Source: Nibricoccus sp. (GTDB lineage: Bacteria > Verrucomicrobiota > Verrucomicrobiia > Opitutales > Opitutaceae). From it: a DNA stretch of 64,000 nucleotides. Positions within the stretch are counted from its first letter, which is position 1, and each line of letters starts with the position of its first letter. The position numbers and the translations under genes are program-made. The notes beneath the pieces are model-generated. The model did not search any database, was not told the DNA's origin, and saw nothing but the letters and a program-made list of their open reading frames with translations. The stretch covers positions 1,792,001 to 1,856,000 of the forward strand of contig JASGHG010000001.1 of assembly GCA_047602425.1 (NCBI GenBank). Reading direction: 5' to 3'. Below are positions 9,966 through 20,536 of the stretch, piece by piece.

Positions 9966-10907
9966 ATGAACATACTTAAGGGCAGCGTCGTCGTTTTGGT
10001 CCTGGCAACGATTGGCTTGGGCGCAACGGTTTGGAAACAACAACACCAGATCGAAACCCTTTCCGGGCAGTTGGCCGAAAAGTCGATCCAACTCACCAAA
10101 ACGGTCGTCCAACTCGCCGAGCAGGAAACTGCCTTGAATAAGGCGACAACAGAACTGGTCGAAAAGCGTGCCCAATTTGCCGCGCAAAGCGCAGCGGCCT
10201 TCACACCGCAAGTCAACCCGTCCCAGCAGGCCGATCCACTCGCCACCTCCACGCTCGATTCTCCTGCGGGTCGTGTGAGCACCGAAATCGTCAAGAACTG
10301 GGAAAAAAGCACCAGCGACCCCGAGATCGAACGCGCACGCAACGAACTTTTGCGCGCACAAATCCAGCGGAAATACGGGGCATTGTACCGTCAGTTAAAC
10401 CTCAGTCCCGATATGGAAGACAAACTCACCACCCTGCTTCTCGACAAAAAACAAGCGACGACCGACGTCGCCGTAGCCTCGGTGCAACAAGGTCAGGATC
10501 CGATGGACGACGCTGCGGGTTTCAGCGACTTTGTTGCCGCGGAGCGAAAGGAAGTCGAAAAGCAGATCAATAGTTTGCTAGGCGAACAAGGTTACGCCGC
10601 CTATCAAGCGTATGGCAGAACGCTGGGGCAGGCATCCACACTTTCGCAGGTCCAGCAGTCGTTTGCCGCGGTTGGCACGCCCATTTCTTCGGAGCAGACG
10701 GCGCAACTTCAACAAATCATGATCAAAAACAACGCCGCTCATCTGAACCAGAAGGTGATCAACCAATCGCAAGCGTTCCTATCCGATCAACAGATACAAG
10801 CCCTGCAGGCACTCTATAAGGACCAGCGAGCCGCGACAGTCGTGCGTCGCTCACCGCAAAACGTCGTACCCCGCATGGCCGTTCCCGTGACGAAAACGGC
10901 GAAGTAA
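9966..10907 (+). CDS. Membrane-anchored coiled-coil/helical protein (paralogue of the ECF sigma C-terminal domain)
   Basis: N-terminal TM then coiled coil; YGALYRQLNLSP and INSLLGEQGYAAYQAY motifs shared with 18979 and 20537. Confidence 0.75.
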   Translation: MNILKGSVVVLVLATIGLGATVWKQQHQIETLSGQLAEKSIQLTKTVVQLAEQETALNKATTELVEKRAQFAAQSAAAFTPQVNPSQQADPLATSTLDSPAGRVSTEIVKNWEKSTSDPEIERARNELLRAQIQRKYGALYRQLNLSPDMEDKLTTLLLDKKQATTDVAVASVQQGQDPMDDAAGFSDFVAAERKEVEKQINSLLGEQGYAAYQAYGRTLGQASTLSQVQQSFAAVGTPISSEQTAQLQQIMIKNNAAHLNQKVINQSQAFLSDQQIQALQALYKDQRAATVVRRSPQNVVPRMAVPVTKTAK

Positions 10908-10929
10908 CGGAGTGGAGAAAAGCCCCCAC

Positions 10930-11493
10930 ATGACCGTTAACCCCAACCGATTTCCGAGCATGTGGCTAAAATGCACCGCCGTGCTGGCATTCGTTGCTCT
11001 AACCGGCAGTCTGCGCGCAAATTTTATCGATATTAACATCGCAAGCAGCCGTGCGCAGATCACCTCTCCGGCACAGCTTGAGGCACTGCTCGCGGACAAG
11101 AGCTCGATCGTGCTGGCATTGGAAGAGACGCCTTTCCCCGACACCGTACCAACTAAAATCACCAAACCGGGCCCAACCAACGTGCCCAATTCGATTCTGG
11201 TCGATGGCAAACAGGTGCCAGTGAAATTTCCGGAACTGGGTACGAAAGCCGAGCTGCGTCCGGTCACCTTTGCTGACTGGGGCAGAGCGGTTAAAATTGA
11301 TTTCCATCACAAAAGTATTTCGGTGGACGAAAAAGGCGAAATCATCGTGATGGGACCACTGCCCGTGCTTTTCGGCGTCAAAGTTCAGGGCGTCGTCCTC
11401 AATCTGCGTTGGGACAAATGGACTTTTCTCGCCCCTATGCCTCAACAAGATGGGTCCTACGCAATTCTGGCCATGCGCCTTCGCCGAGGATAG
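10930..11493 (+). CDS. Hypothetical secreted protein
   Basis: Signal-peptide-like N-terminus; 22 bp downstream of the previous gene. Confidence 0.6.
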   Translation: MTVNPNRFPSMWLKCTAVLAFVALTGSLRANFIDINIASSRAQITSPAQLEALLADKSSIVLALEETPFPDTVPTKITKPGPTNVPNSILVDGKQVPVKFPELGTKAELRPVTFADWGRAVKIDFHHKSISVDEKGEIIVMGPLPVLFGVKVQGVVLNLRWDKWTFLAPMPQQDGSYAILAMRLRRG

Positions 11494-11698
11494 CTCTTCC
11501 ACGCTTTCCATGAGTTCGGGGTGACGTGTCCTATTCACCAACCTTTCCCGCCCGCAGCTCTCCCTGCTTGCTTCTCGCAAAAAACGCTTCGACTGGGACA
11601 AAATCCGCGGCGGAAACCGCATCGCCAGCGCCCTTCCGATCACTAGGCTTGACCCCAGTAAAAGATCGTCTGCCACCCCCTGCTCAACAAGACATGGC

Positions 11699-12590
11699 AT
11701 GAAAAACATCCCCGTCATCACAGTGTGCGAGACCAGTCTCGCCGCAGCCTACGAAAAAGCTCTCACTTCGCTCCACGAACAAGGCGTCCGCTTCCGGACA
11801 CAGTACGACAAGCCCGGCGATCCGCAGAGTCTGGATTGCACGCTGAATCTCACCGTGCTCGATCCGCTCTCCGAGCCGATGATCCATAAGGCGTTTCCCG
11901 GCGGCATCGAAGATCTTCGTGAGTACGTCATGGAGCTCTGTGGCGCGAAAGATCACTGGGTGAAAAACATCAATGACCCCACCGACACACGCTGGGAATA
12001 CACGTACCACGGACGCCTCGCCAACTATGGCAGCTGGCAGGAAAAAACGGACGGCCAGCGAGTGCGCGCAGGCGGCTTCAATATCGACCAGGTCGAAGGC
12101 GTGATCGCGAAGCTGGCGAAACAGCCCTTCACGCGCCAGGCACAGATGATTACCCTGGATGCCGAACCTTGATCTAGAGTGTTACGATCCACCGTGCCTG
12201 CAATCGCTTTGGTATCGCCTGATGGAGGACGAGACCGATGGCGTTTCCTGGCTCAACTGCAACATCCGCTTCCGCAGCAACGACGCTTGGGGCGCTAGTT
12301 TTATGAACATGTTCGGTTTTATCATGTTCAGCCGCGACGTGATCGCCGCCGAGATTTCCAAACGCACCGGCAAAACGATCAAGCTGGGCCGCCTCAACTG
12401 GCAGGCCGATTCATATCATATCTACGGAAAAGACATCGCCGACGCGAAAAAACGCCTCTTCAACCGCCTCGGTCAAGGCACGCTCGCCGATCGCACCTAC
12501 GAATTTTCCGACCCGATGATCCAGGAAATGTACACCGAAGCCGAAATCGCCGTCCGGAAGAAAATTGCCGACTACGACCAAACCCACTGA
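11699..12590 (+). pseudogene. thyA: Thymidylate synthase (archaeal-like ThyA) split by a +1 frameshift at 12153-12155; may be a sequencing error
   Basis: YTYHGRL, TRQAQMIT[W], DPPCLQ, FRSNDAWGASFMN, SYHIY; removing one C from ACCCTGG fuses the two ORFs. Confidence 0.8.
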
Positions 12591-12666
12591 TCAGAACCAA
12601 TCATCGGTGCGGCTTTAAATAGGATCCCTTCCATCGGCGGCAGCAAAACCCAAAACACTTCTGCTT

Positions 12667-14676
12667 ATGAGAAATTGGCGAAACGGAACATTCCAGCTTT
12701 CCATCTTCCTTGCGGCGACCTTGCTTTCCGGCGCCAAACCAAAAGAGAACCCGCTGGATCGAATGGTCCCCATTCCCGCGAACGAGCCCATACCGGTCGT
12801 CGATTTTTTCCGGCCACGGATGTTCACCCGCCCTAAACTCAATCCGGCCGGCACCCACTTTGCCGCCATCTTCTCGGCCGGAAAGGATCGAAACGATCTC
12901 GTTACAATGGAACTGTCGACGGCCAAAGTGAACCGAATCACGGGCGGCGATGACTATGACATAGCCGATTTCGACTGGTTCGGTGATGACCGGATTCTTT
13001 TCAGCATCGTCCGGGATAAAATGTATGCCACCGGGTTGTTTGCCGCGTTTCTCGACCCAAAGAAAAGCGCCTACCCTATTCAACGCCACAATGTCGTCAT
13101 TCCCATCGGTAGTCCCCGGACGAAGCCGGACGAGCTCATTCTCTGGATCAAAAACAGCGCGAAGGACCACGGTGCCGATGGCGGCGTTTGCCGGATCGAT
13201 GTCGCGAAAAATCTCTTAACGTCCAGCGGATTCAACGGCCAGGATGACGGCCTGCGAGCGGCGGTTTTGAGGTACTATCCGATGCCCAAGCCGGGCAATG
13301 TCGCCTCCTATCTTTCTGACATAAATGGAGAGCTTGCCTATGCGGTGACCAGCAAGGATGGAATCGCCACGCTTCACCGTTTGGTGGATAACAAATGGAT
13401 CCCCAGCCCCATTAATCTGGATGAAATCGACTTGGTTGCCGCCGGTGACCAACCGGGAGAGCTCATCGTCCTCGGGCCCAAAAGGGACAATAAACCGCGC
13501 GCGCTCCATCGCATGAATGCCGAGACTGGCGAACTCGGTGCGCTCATTGCCGAAAACGAAAAGTACGATTTGAAAAACATCCGCGTTTTTCGCGATCCCG
13601 TCGATGGGCACTCGCTGGGCATTCAATACAGCCATCTGCAACCCGACGAAATCTGGCTGAATCCCAAGTACAAGAATCTGCAGGAATCGCTCGCGGTTAC
13701 GTTTCCCGATCACGTCGTCACCATTTTGGGCTCCGACAAAAAACAAAATCGTTTCTTTGTCCGCGTTGCCTCCGACATCAATCCCGGAACATATTACTTG
13801 ATACAAACGGAAACCCAACCCATCGGATTGATGAAAGTCGCCGACATGGCGCCGTGGATCGAGAGTGCGCGGATGCAGCCGATGAGGAAACTCGTCTACA
13901 AAACACGCGACGGGAAAAAGATTGAAAGTCTCGTGACATTACCAGCCGGCGCCACCAAAGAGTCCCCAGTCCCTTTGGTTGTTCTTCCGCACGGCGGTCC
14001 CTGGGTAAACGATAGCTGGGGCTGGGATCCGGAAGCGCAGTTTCTCGCCAGCCGCGGTTATGCGGTGTTTCAACCCAACTACCGTGGCTCTACCGGGACG
14101 GCCTGGCAGTTCCCCGAAGAGGATCAGTGGGCCTTCCGAAAAATGCACGACGACGTGACGGACGGCGTGAAACAACTTTTGAAAACCGGCCTGATCGATC
14201 CCGATCGCATCGCGATCATGGGGTCGTCCTTCGGGGGATACCTGGCGATTTGCGGCGCCGCCTACGAGCCCGATCTTTATCGCTGCGCCGTGACGATCTG
14301 CGGCGTGTTCGATTGGGAACGCGTGATCAAGGCATCGCGCTACAGCGAGTATCACCGCAGCTCGTATGGCGTTTTGCGTCGCCATCTGGGCGATCCGGAA
14401 AAGCAAAAGGATCTATTCGAAACACTTTCTCCTCTAAAAAAAATAGGCCAAATCAAAGGATCGGTCTTCGTCGCTCACGGCGTGGAGGATGTCGTGGCCA
14501 ACGTCGCGGAATCGCGAAAACTCATTTCCGAACTGAAAAAGCACAAGATACCGTACGAAAAACAAATCGAACGAGATGAAGGCCACGGCTTCCAAAAGTT
14601 GGAAAACGAAGTCGAGCTCTACACATCGATCGAAGCGTTCCTCAAAAGGAACCTTTCGCCACGCCCAAAAACATAA
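12667..14676 (+). CDS. S9 family peptidase (prolyl oligopeptidase/acylaminoacyl peptidase-like)
   Basis: PHGGPW, NYRGSTG, GSSFGG nucleophile motif, HGVED, EGHGF. Confidence 0.92.
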   Translation: MRNWRNGTFQLSIFLAATLLSGAKPKENPLDRMVPIPANEPIPVVDFFRPRMFTRPKLNPAGTHFAAIFSAGKDRNDLVTMELSTAKVNRITGGDDYDIADFDWFGDDRILFSIVRDKMYATGLFAAFLDPKKSAYPIQRHNVVIPIGSPRTKPDELILWIKNSAKDHGADGGVCRIDVAKNLLTSSGFNGQDDGLRAAVLRYYPMPKPGNVASYLSDINGELAYAVTSKDGIATLHRLVDNKWIPSPINLDEIDLVAAGDQPGELIVLGPKRDNKPRALHRMNAETGELGALIAENEKYDLKNIRVFRDPVDGHSLGIQYSHLQPDEIWLNPKYKNLQESLAVTFPDHVVTILGSDKKQNRFFVRVASDINPGTYYLIQTETQPIGLMKVADMAPWIESARMQPMRKLVYKTRDGKKIESLVTLPAGATKESPVPLVVLPHGGPWVNDSWGWDPEAQFLASRGYAVFQPNYRGSTGTAWQFPEEDQWAFRKMHDDVTDGVKQLLKTGLIDPDRIAIMGSSFGGYLAICGAAYEPDLYRCAVTICGVFDWERVIKASRYSEYHRSSYGVLRRHLGDPEKQKDLFETLSPLKKIGQIKGSVFVAHGVEDVVANVAESRKLISELKKHKIPYEKQIERDEGHGFQKLENEVELYTSIEAFLKRNLSPRPKT

Positions 14677-14714
14677 GCCGCTTTCCTCGTCACGATTCGA
14701 GCGCAAATAAAATC

Positions 14715-15725
14715 CTATTCTTTCAACCGCACGCGCAGCAGCTCTCCGTCCGCGGTGATATAAAGTTCCCTGCCGTCCGGACCGAAAGTGCAGTTGGCGG
14801 TGGCTTGGCCCGTGACGATTGTGCCGAGGTGCTTGCCTTCAGGGTTCAGTATCAACACGCCGCCTGGTCCCGTGGCCCAGAGATTTCCTTCACGATCGAC
14901 GCGGAATCCATCCGGCACGCCCGGACGTCCCAGTTTCATCAGCGTTGTCATGTCGAACAACACGTGGCTCTCGCCCGGCGTGCCATCTTCGTGCAAGGCG
15001 ATTGCCAGCAAAATAGGCCGGGGACGATGTGAATTTGCCACATACAACGTGCGCTCGTCTGGCGACAACGCGATGCCGTTAGGGCGTTCCAATTCGTTCG
15101 TGATGAGCGTCACTTTGCCGTCAGGCGTGGCTCGATACACGCCGTTGAAACCGATCTCCGATTTGGCGTTTGTCTCCATGCCGTAGGGCGGATCGGTAAA
15201 GTACACGTTTCCCGCGCGGTCAAAACACAGATCGTTGGGGCTATTGAAACGTTTCCCCTCAAAACGATCCGCCACCGCCTCAAATATTTTCTTCGCCGGA
15301 TCGTAACGTGCCACGCGGCGATCTCCATGCTGGCAGAAAACAAGCCGGCCTTGCGTGTCCACCGTGATTCCGTTCGAACCGGGCTCGCTGCCTTCAAATT
15401 TTTCTCCGGTGAATCCGCTCGGCTTGAGGAAAACTGTCACGCCGTCCTCCTCGTTCCAACGATAGGCCACGTTCTCCGGCACGTCGCTGAAGATCAACGC
15501 CTGCCCGCTCGGCCACCAAGCAGGGCCTTCGGACCAATTGAAACCTTCCGCAAGTTTTTCGATTTTCGCGTCGCGTGGAATCAGTTCATCGAGCGCCGGG
15601 GCAAATCGCTCGATCTTCCCCACCGAATCGTAGGGCGGCTTGAACGACTTGATCGGTTCCGCGCCAAACGTCGCGGACGTTGCCGAAAACGAGGAAACTA
15701 AAAAACGCCGCAGGAATGGAAACAT
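14715..15725 (-). CDS. SMP-30/gluconolactonase family protein
   Basis: WSEGPAW, GSNG, FNSPND, YFTDPPYG, PNGIALSPD, PDGFRVD. Confidence 0.92.
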   Translation of the reverse strand: MFPFLRRFLVSSFSATSATFGAEPIKSFKPPYDSVGKIERFAPALDELIPRDAKIEKLAEGFNWSEGPAWWPSGQALIFSDVPENVAYRWNEEDGVTVFLKPSGFTGEKFEGSEPGSNGITVDTQGRLVFCQHGDRRVARYDPAKKIFEAVADRFEGKRFNSPNDLCFDRAGNVYFTDPPYGMETNAKSEIGFNGVYRATPDGKVTLITNELERPNGIALSPDERTLYVANSHRPRPILLAIALHEDGTPGESHVLFDMTTLMKLGRPGVPDGFRVDREGNLWATGPGGVLILNPEGKHLGTIVTGQATANCTFGPDGRELYITADGELLRVRLKE

Positions 15726-15844
15726 GCTGAATGATAAAACGAATCCGCGCATTCGCCAAGCGCCTCGAGGGAATTGACGCTTTTCGTCCAGCACGAAGGT
15801 TAAGGCAATCCTTCGAGTGAAAGTCGTTGGGGACAGCCTCGCGA

Positions 15845-16252
15845 TCAGCCTGCCGGACGTCCGCGAACTCCACTGAGCACCGGGCTCTCCTCCGCCAGCG
15901 GGCGCACTTCGACCACCACGCCCAGAGGCAAACCCGGGCACTGTTTGGCGATAGCCACCGCTTCGTCAAGGTCAGCAACCGTCAGCAAAAAGTATCCGCC
16001 CACCGCCTCCTTTGTCTCCGCGTAGGGACCGTCCACCACCCGTCCACCTGTCATCGCCACCATGCGACCGGTCAGCGCCAGCGGCCTCCCCTGCTCGACC
16101 TTTCCCCGAGCCAACAACCCTTCGTACCAATCGTTCCACTGCTGCATGAGCTTGGTCCTTTGCTCCGAATTTAAATGCCGGTGCGTTTCGGGTCCCGCAT
16201 TTTGAAAGAGCAACATGTAGTTGGACGGGGCCGATGGGGTCGCTTGAGCCAT
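15845..16252 (-). CDS. YciI/DGPF family protein
   Basis: DGPYAETKEAVGGY...EVRP. Confidence 0.9.
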   Translation of the reverse strand: MAQATPSAPSNYMLLFQNAGPETHRHLNSEQRTKLMQQWNDWYEGLLARGKVEQGRPLALTGRMVAMTGGRVVDGPYAETKEAVGGYFLLTVADLDEAVAIAKQCPGLPLGVVVEVRPLAEESPVLSGVRGRPAG

Positions 16253-16479
16253 AGATGAAAACTTTTATTGGAACGTGCCGACAACTTTCATTTAACGAAC
16301 GAGCAACCTTCGCCAAGACAACTCACCCCCGGAAATTTCCCGCAGGCATCCATCAGCGGTTTCCTCGGCTCGATTTGCACCGCGCAAAGCTTTTCCGCGC
16401 ACCCAGCCGACGTGATCGTAGAAGTGCACCCATGGGAGACCGCCGGTTATTACGATGTCTTGGCCAATCTGAAAATCCT

Positions 16480-16905
16480 TCAGCCGAGTTTTGCGTTCAG
16501 CGTGATCTCCGCCTTCAGCAGTCGCGAGATCGGGCAACCCGCTTTCGCCCCGTTCGCGATTTCCAGGAAGCGGGCCGCGGTGATATTCGGGATTTTGGCG
16601 GTAGCCTCTAGATCGATCTTTGTCACCGTCCAGCTGGTCTGCGGATGATTTTCCAGCAAAACGGTGGCCGTGGTCGCAATCGACTCGGCGGTGAAGCCCG
16701 CTTTTTCCAACTCCGCCGACAGCGCCATGCTGAAACAACCGGCATGCGCCGCGCCGATCAGTTCTTCCGGGTTCGTGCCCGGTCCGTTTTCAAAACGCGT
16801 GCCGAAGGAATACTGCGTATCTTTCAACACCGTGCTTTCCGTGGAGATCGTCCCGCGACCCGATTTTAAACCGCCACGCCAGACCGCCGAAGCTTTTCGT
16901 TTCAT
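16480..16905 (-). CDS. osmC: OsmC peroxiredoxin
   Basis: GTNPEELIGAAHAGCFSMALS, AKAGCPIS. Confidence 0.95.
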   Translation of the reverse strand: MKRKASAVWRGGLKSGRGTISTESTVLKDTQYSFGTRFENGPGTNPEELIGAAHAGCFSMALSAELEKAGFTAESIATTATVLLENHPQTSWTVTKIDLEATAKIPNITAARFLEIANGAKAGCPISRLLKAEITLNAKLG

Positions 16906-17119
16906 AAGAATAAGAGTTCAAGAAAACCGGACCCACGCGGTGCGAAACTGCAAATCGCCACACCACTTTGCGCCGCCCCGAGTACGAAGCGAACGTTCCG
17001 CCTTCCTCCACTCCTCCGGCTCAAAAATACGTCCTGCGCCCTTGTCCGAAGCCGAGAACCTCGTTCGTAGATATAGGTGTTAACGCACCGCTCAACATAA
17101 ACTCATCGCTTCATTCGCC

Positions 17120-17554
17120 ATGGCCAAAGTCAGCACTTATCTCAACTTCACCCGCAACACCGAGGAAGCATTCCTCTTCTACAAATCGGTTTTCAAAACC
17201 GAATTCGTCACGCCCATCATGCGTTTCAAAGATGGCCCCGGCTGCCCCGGCCAAGGCCCGTTGCCCGAAGCCGACGCCAACCTCGTGATGCACGTCGCTC
17301 TCCCGACTCTCGGCGGACATCTGCTGATGGGCACCGATTCGCCCGAGTCGATGGGCTTCAAGCTGAATCAAGGTAACAACGTCTACATTAATCTGGAACC
17401 CGACACCCGCGCCGACACTGATCGCCTCTTCGCCGCGCTCAGCGAAGGCGGCACCGTCGAAATGAAACTACAGGACATGTTCTGGGGCGCCTACTGGGGC
17501 TGTCTCACCGACCGGTTCGGCATCCGGTGGATGTTCAACTGCGCCGCAAAGTAA
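17120..17554 (+). CDS. VOC/PhnB family protein
   Basis: YLNF..EAF.FY, MHVAL, MFWGAYWGCLTDRFGIRWM. Confidence 0.9.
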   Translation: MAKVSTYLNFTRNTEEAFLFYKSVFKTEFVTPIMRFKDGPGCPGQGPLPEADANLVMHVALPTLGGHLLMGTDSPESMGFKLNQGNNVYINLEPDTRADTDRLFAALSEGGTVEMKLQDMFWGAYWGCLTDRFGIRWMFNCAAK

Positions 17555-17591
17555 AGATCCCCGGTTTAACCCTGAGACGTTTTTCGAAAGT

Positions 17592-17614
17592 GTAGGAGCG
17601 GCTTTACGCCGCGA
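17592..17614 (+). repeat. Single GTAG-type REP-like palindrome
   Basis: GTAGGAGCGGCTTTACGCCGCGA just downstream of a stop codon. Confidence 0.5.
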
Positions 17615-17864
17615 TTTCCGAACCTACGGAAATCGATATTCGAATTCGAATGTGGAATTCAGGAAATGAGAACAGAAAAGACCCTTATGTTCTTCCAGCT
17701 TCCCTGCGTTCCACATTCGTTCGATAATCTCCCGCTGCCCGCGGCGATTTTTGGCGGCGATGCGAATAGACACGCATAGGCCCTGTTACGTCGTGAAATC
17801 CAAGTGACTGCACTGGTTGGCTCGTTGCATGGCGGCGCAACCTGCCTACGTTGCGCCATTCACC

Positions 17865-18326
17865 ATGCCACACGTTTCCGGACTCCGCAGTGTCTACGCC
17901 AAGGTCGGGCGGCTGATTTATTTCGGTCGCATGCTCGACAAGATCCGGCTTCACGCCGCCGGCAAACTTCCCTCCGAGTACATCGCCAACCTCGGCGACG
18001 CACAGCTCACGGTGCTTGACGGTCGTTGTTGTCGGTTTCTCGGTGTTCGTTATGCAGACATCCGTGAGCGCACGCTCGCTGGCGGCGCTGACGAGGAAAT
18101 CCTTGCTTGGGTGCACGCCCGCGGCATAGCCCGCACCGATGAGGAATGTCACGTCTGGAATCGTTTCATCTTGAAGCTGGGCTGGCGCGACGAACGGTCG
18201 GCCGTTCTTCCCCAGCGCATTCGCGACAGCGGCTTGGACGGCAAACCGATCGAGACCATCACCGACCATATTGAATACGACGAAGGCCGCGATCCGATCG
18301 CCACTCGTGCGTGGGAAAACATCTAA
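17865..18326 (+). CDS. DUF5069-like protein
   Basis: LRS.Y.KVG.L.YFGRMLDKIRLHAAGKLP.EY; ends with DEGR. Confidence 0.8.
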   Translation: MPHVSGLRSVYAKVGRLIYFGRMLDKIRLHAAGKLPSEYIANLGDAQLTVLDGRCCRFLGVRYADIRERTLAGGADEEILAWVHARGIARTDEECHVWNRFILKLGWRDERSAVLPQRIRDSGLDGKPIETITDHIEYDEGRDPIATRAWENI

Positions 18327-18343
18327 CACCATTTCACAGCACC

Positions 18344-18823
18344 ATGAAAAAAATCAACACCAGGGACATCGCTGAGGAACCGTGGGAAACACCCAAAGGA
18401 AAATTCGCCTGCGCAGACAAAAATATCTCCGTCGCACTCGGACGCGTTCCGACATCGACCGATCTAAATCTCCGCCAGCCCTTCGACGTCGAAATCTGCC
18501 GCGTGCCCGCCGGCAAAACGCTTTGCCCCTACCACTCCCACAGCGTCCAGTGGGAATTTTATCATGTCATCTCGGGCAACGGTCAGGTGCGCGACGACGC
18601 AGGACTGCACGCCATCGAAGCGGGCGACGCCTTTATCTTCCGTCCCGACGAACCCCACCAAGTCATCAACAACAGTGCCGGCGATTTGATCCTGTACATC
18701 GTCGCCGATAATCCGCTCGGCGAGACCTGTTACTGTCCGGACAGCCAAAAATGGCTCGTGCGCTCCCCCGAACGCCGCCTAATCCGCTCCGCCCTCCTCG
18801 ACTACCTCGACGGCGAGGAATAG
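18344..18823 (+). CDS. Cupin domain protein
   Basis: PYHSHSVQWEFYHVISG...EPHQVIN. Confidence 0.88.
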   Translation: MKKINTRDIAEEPWETPKGKFACADKNISVALGRVPTSTDLNLRQPFDVEICRVPAGKTLCPYHSHSVQWEFYHVISGNGQVRDDAGLHAIEAGDAFIFRPDEPHQVINNSAGDLILYIVADNPLGETCYCPDSQKWLVRSPERRLIRSALLDYLDGEE

Positions 18824-18978
18824 GAAGCGCCCCCCTTTTGCTTGCACAACCCAGCTCAAGCAACCAATTGAGCCACTCTTCCCAGGTTCTATAGATCCTC
18901 TCCGTCCCATCGGTCCCGCACTACCCGCCTATATTTTGTGCGGTTGTGCGTTTCGCTGTTGTATTAGAGTAAACACGC

Positions 18979-20517
18979 ATGATCGAAGACACCGAATTGC
19001 TGCGCCGCTATGTGGAAACCGGCTCCCAGGACGCGTTCGCCGAACTCGTCGAACGTCGCATCGGTTTGGTGTATTCGGTCGCCCTTCGCCGTACGGGCGC
19101 CGAGCACCACGCGCGAGAGGTCGCGCAATCTGTTTTCACCGATCTAGCGCGAAAAGCCGCCGCACTCTCGCGCCACACATCGCTGGTCGGATGGCTTTAC
19201 CGCAGCGCCTACTTCGCCGCCGCCACCCACATGCGCGCGGAAAAAAATCGCACCGCCCGCGAAACCGAGGCCCACACCATGAGCAATCTACTTGGCGCTG
19301 ACTCCCCCGAGGCCGACTGGGAAAAAATCCGCCCCGTGCTCGACGAGGTCCTGAGCGAACTCGACGAACGCGACCGCGAGGCCGTCCTGCTGCGTTTCTT
19401 CGACAACCGTCCGTTCGGCGAAATCGGCTCGCAGCTCAAGCTCGGCGAAAACGCCGCCCGCATGCGCGTCGATCGCGCCCTCGACAAGTTGCACGGGCTC
19501 TTCGCCCGCCGCGGCATCCGATCGACCTCCGCCGCCCTCGGTTTGCTCCTTGCCCAACAAGCCACCGCCGCCAGTGCTCCCGCCGGCCTCGCCACCACCA
19601 CCGCCGCCGTCGCCTCGGCCCACATGGCAACTGTTTCGGCCTTCACGAGTGCGGTCCAATTTATGGCCACCACCAAAACTGCCATCGCCCTTGCCGGTGT
19701 TGTCCTGATCGGCACCACCGGAGCTATTCTCACCAGCAACGGCGCCAACCGTTCGCTCGATGCCGACTTCGCCAATGCCCAGCGCGAGCACGACGCCCGC
19801 GCCGCCAAACTCGCAAACCTCCGCACACGGGTCGAGCAAGCCGAGGCCCCTGCCGTCAAAACAGAGGCCGACCTCGAAGCAGCCCGCGCCGCGCAGGCTG
19901 ACGAACTCAAACAACGACAGGAAGACATGAAGGCGCGTCTCGCCCAAGGCACTGCCTGGCTATCCCGCCATCCCGAGGTGAAGGACCTTGTCATTCGTGA
20001 AAAGAAAACGCGCCACGCCACCGTCTACAATCGCCTCTTCAAGGCGCTCGCCCTCACCCCGGCGCAGATCGACCGGTTCCTCGATCTGCAGTGCGTCGGC
20101 CTCGGCGGCGTTCTCACCACGCCCGACGGCCAACCGCTCATGTACGAGCTGGACCCTGGCGGCGATGTGAAAGCCGCCAAGGAGGAGTTGCGTGCGCTGC
20201 TAGGCGAGGACGGCTACAAAAAATACCGCGACTACGAGAGGTCGATGGCGGGCCTGCAAACCGTCACCCAACTCGGCGGCACACTCTCCGGCACCACCGA
20301 ACCTTTGACTAAACTCCAAGGCGAACGCCTGCTCGAAATCCTCGCGGCTAACAAAACCGTGAAGAACTGGACCGGCCGTCTTGAGTACGACTGGGAAACG
20401 ATCCTGCGCGACGCCCGCCCGGTTCTCTCGGAGCAGCAGCTGTCCTATTTGGAAGACCTGCGGGTGCAGGACGAATTCAGCCAGGCTCGCACCCGTTCCC
20501 GCAACCCCAACTTGTGA
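18979..20517 (+). CDS. ECF RNA polymerase sigma factor with TM segment and C-terminal helical extension
   Basis: DAFAELVERR..LVYSVA, region 4 DREAVLLRFF...AARMRVDRALDKL, Ala-rich linker, TM, coiled coil. Confidence 0.9.
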   Translation: MIEDTELLRRYVETGSQDAFAELVERRIGLVYSVALRRTGAEHHAREVAQSVFTDLARKAAALSRHTSLVGWLYRSAYFAAATHMRAEKNRTARETEAHTMSNLLGADSPEADWEKIRPVLDEVLSELDERDREAVLLRFFDNRPFGEIGSQLKLGENAARMRVDRALDKLHGLFARRGIRSTSAALGLLLAQQATAASAPAGLATTTAAVASAHMATVSAFTSAVQFMATTKTAIALAGVVLIGTTGAILTSNGANRSLDADFANAQREHDARAAKLANLRTRVEQAEAPAVKTEADLEAARAAQADELKQRQEDMKARLAQGTAWLSRHPEVKDLVIREKKTRHATVYNRLFKALALTPAQIDRFLDLQCVGLGGVLTTPDGQPLMYELDPGGDVKAAKEELRALLGEDGYKKYRDYERSMAGLQTVTQLGGTLSGTTEPLTKLQGERLLEILAANKTVKNWTGRLEYDWETILRDARPVLSEQQLSYLEDLRVQDEFSQARTRSRNPNL

Positions 20518-20536
20518 GCCCAAGGCCTCGCCTCCC

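Noticed and set aside
12140..12175. Programmed ribosomal frameshift in thyA
   Set aside because: No slippery heptamer or evident stimulatory structure; a simple indel explains it.
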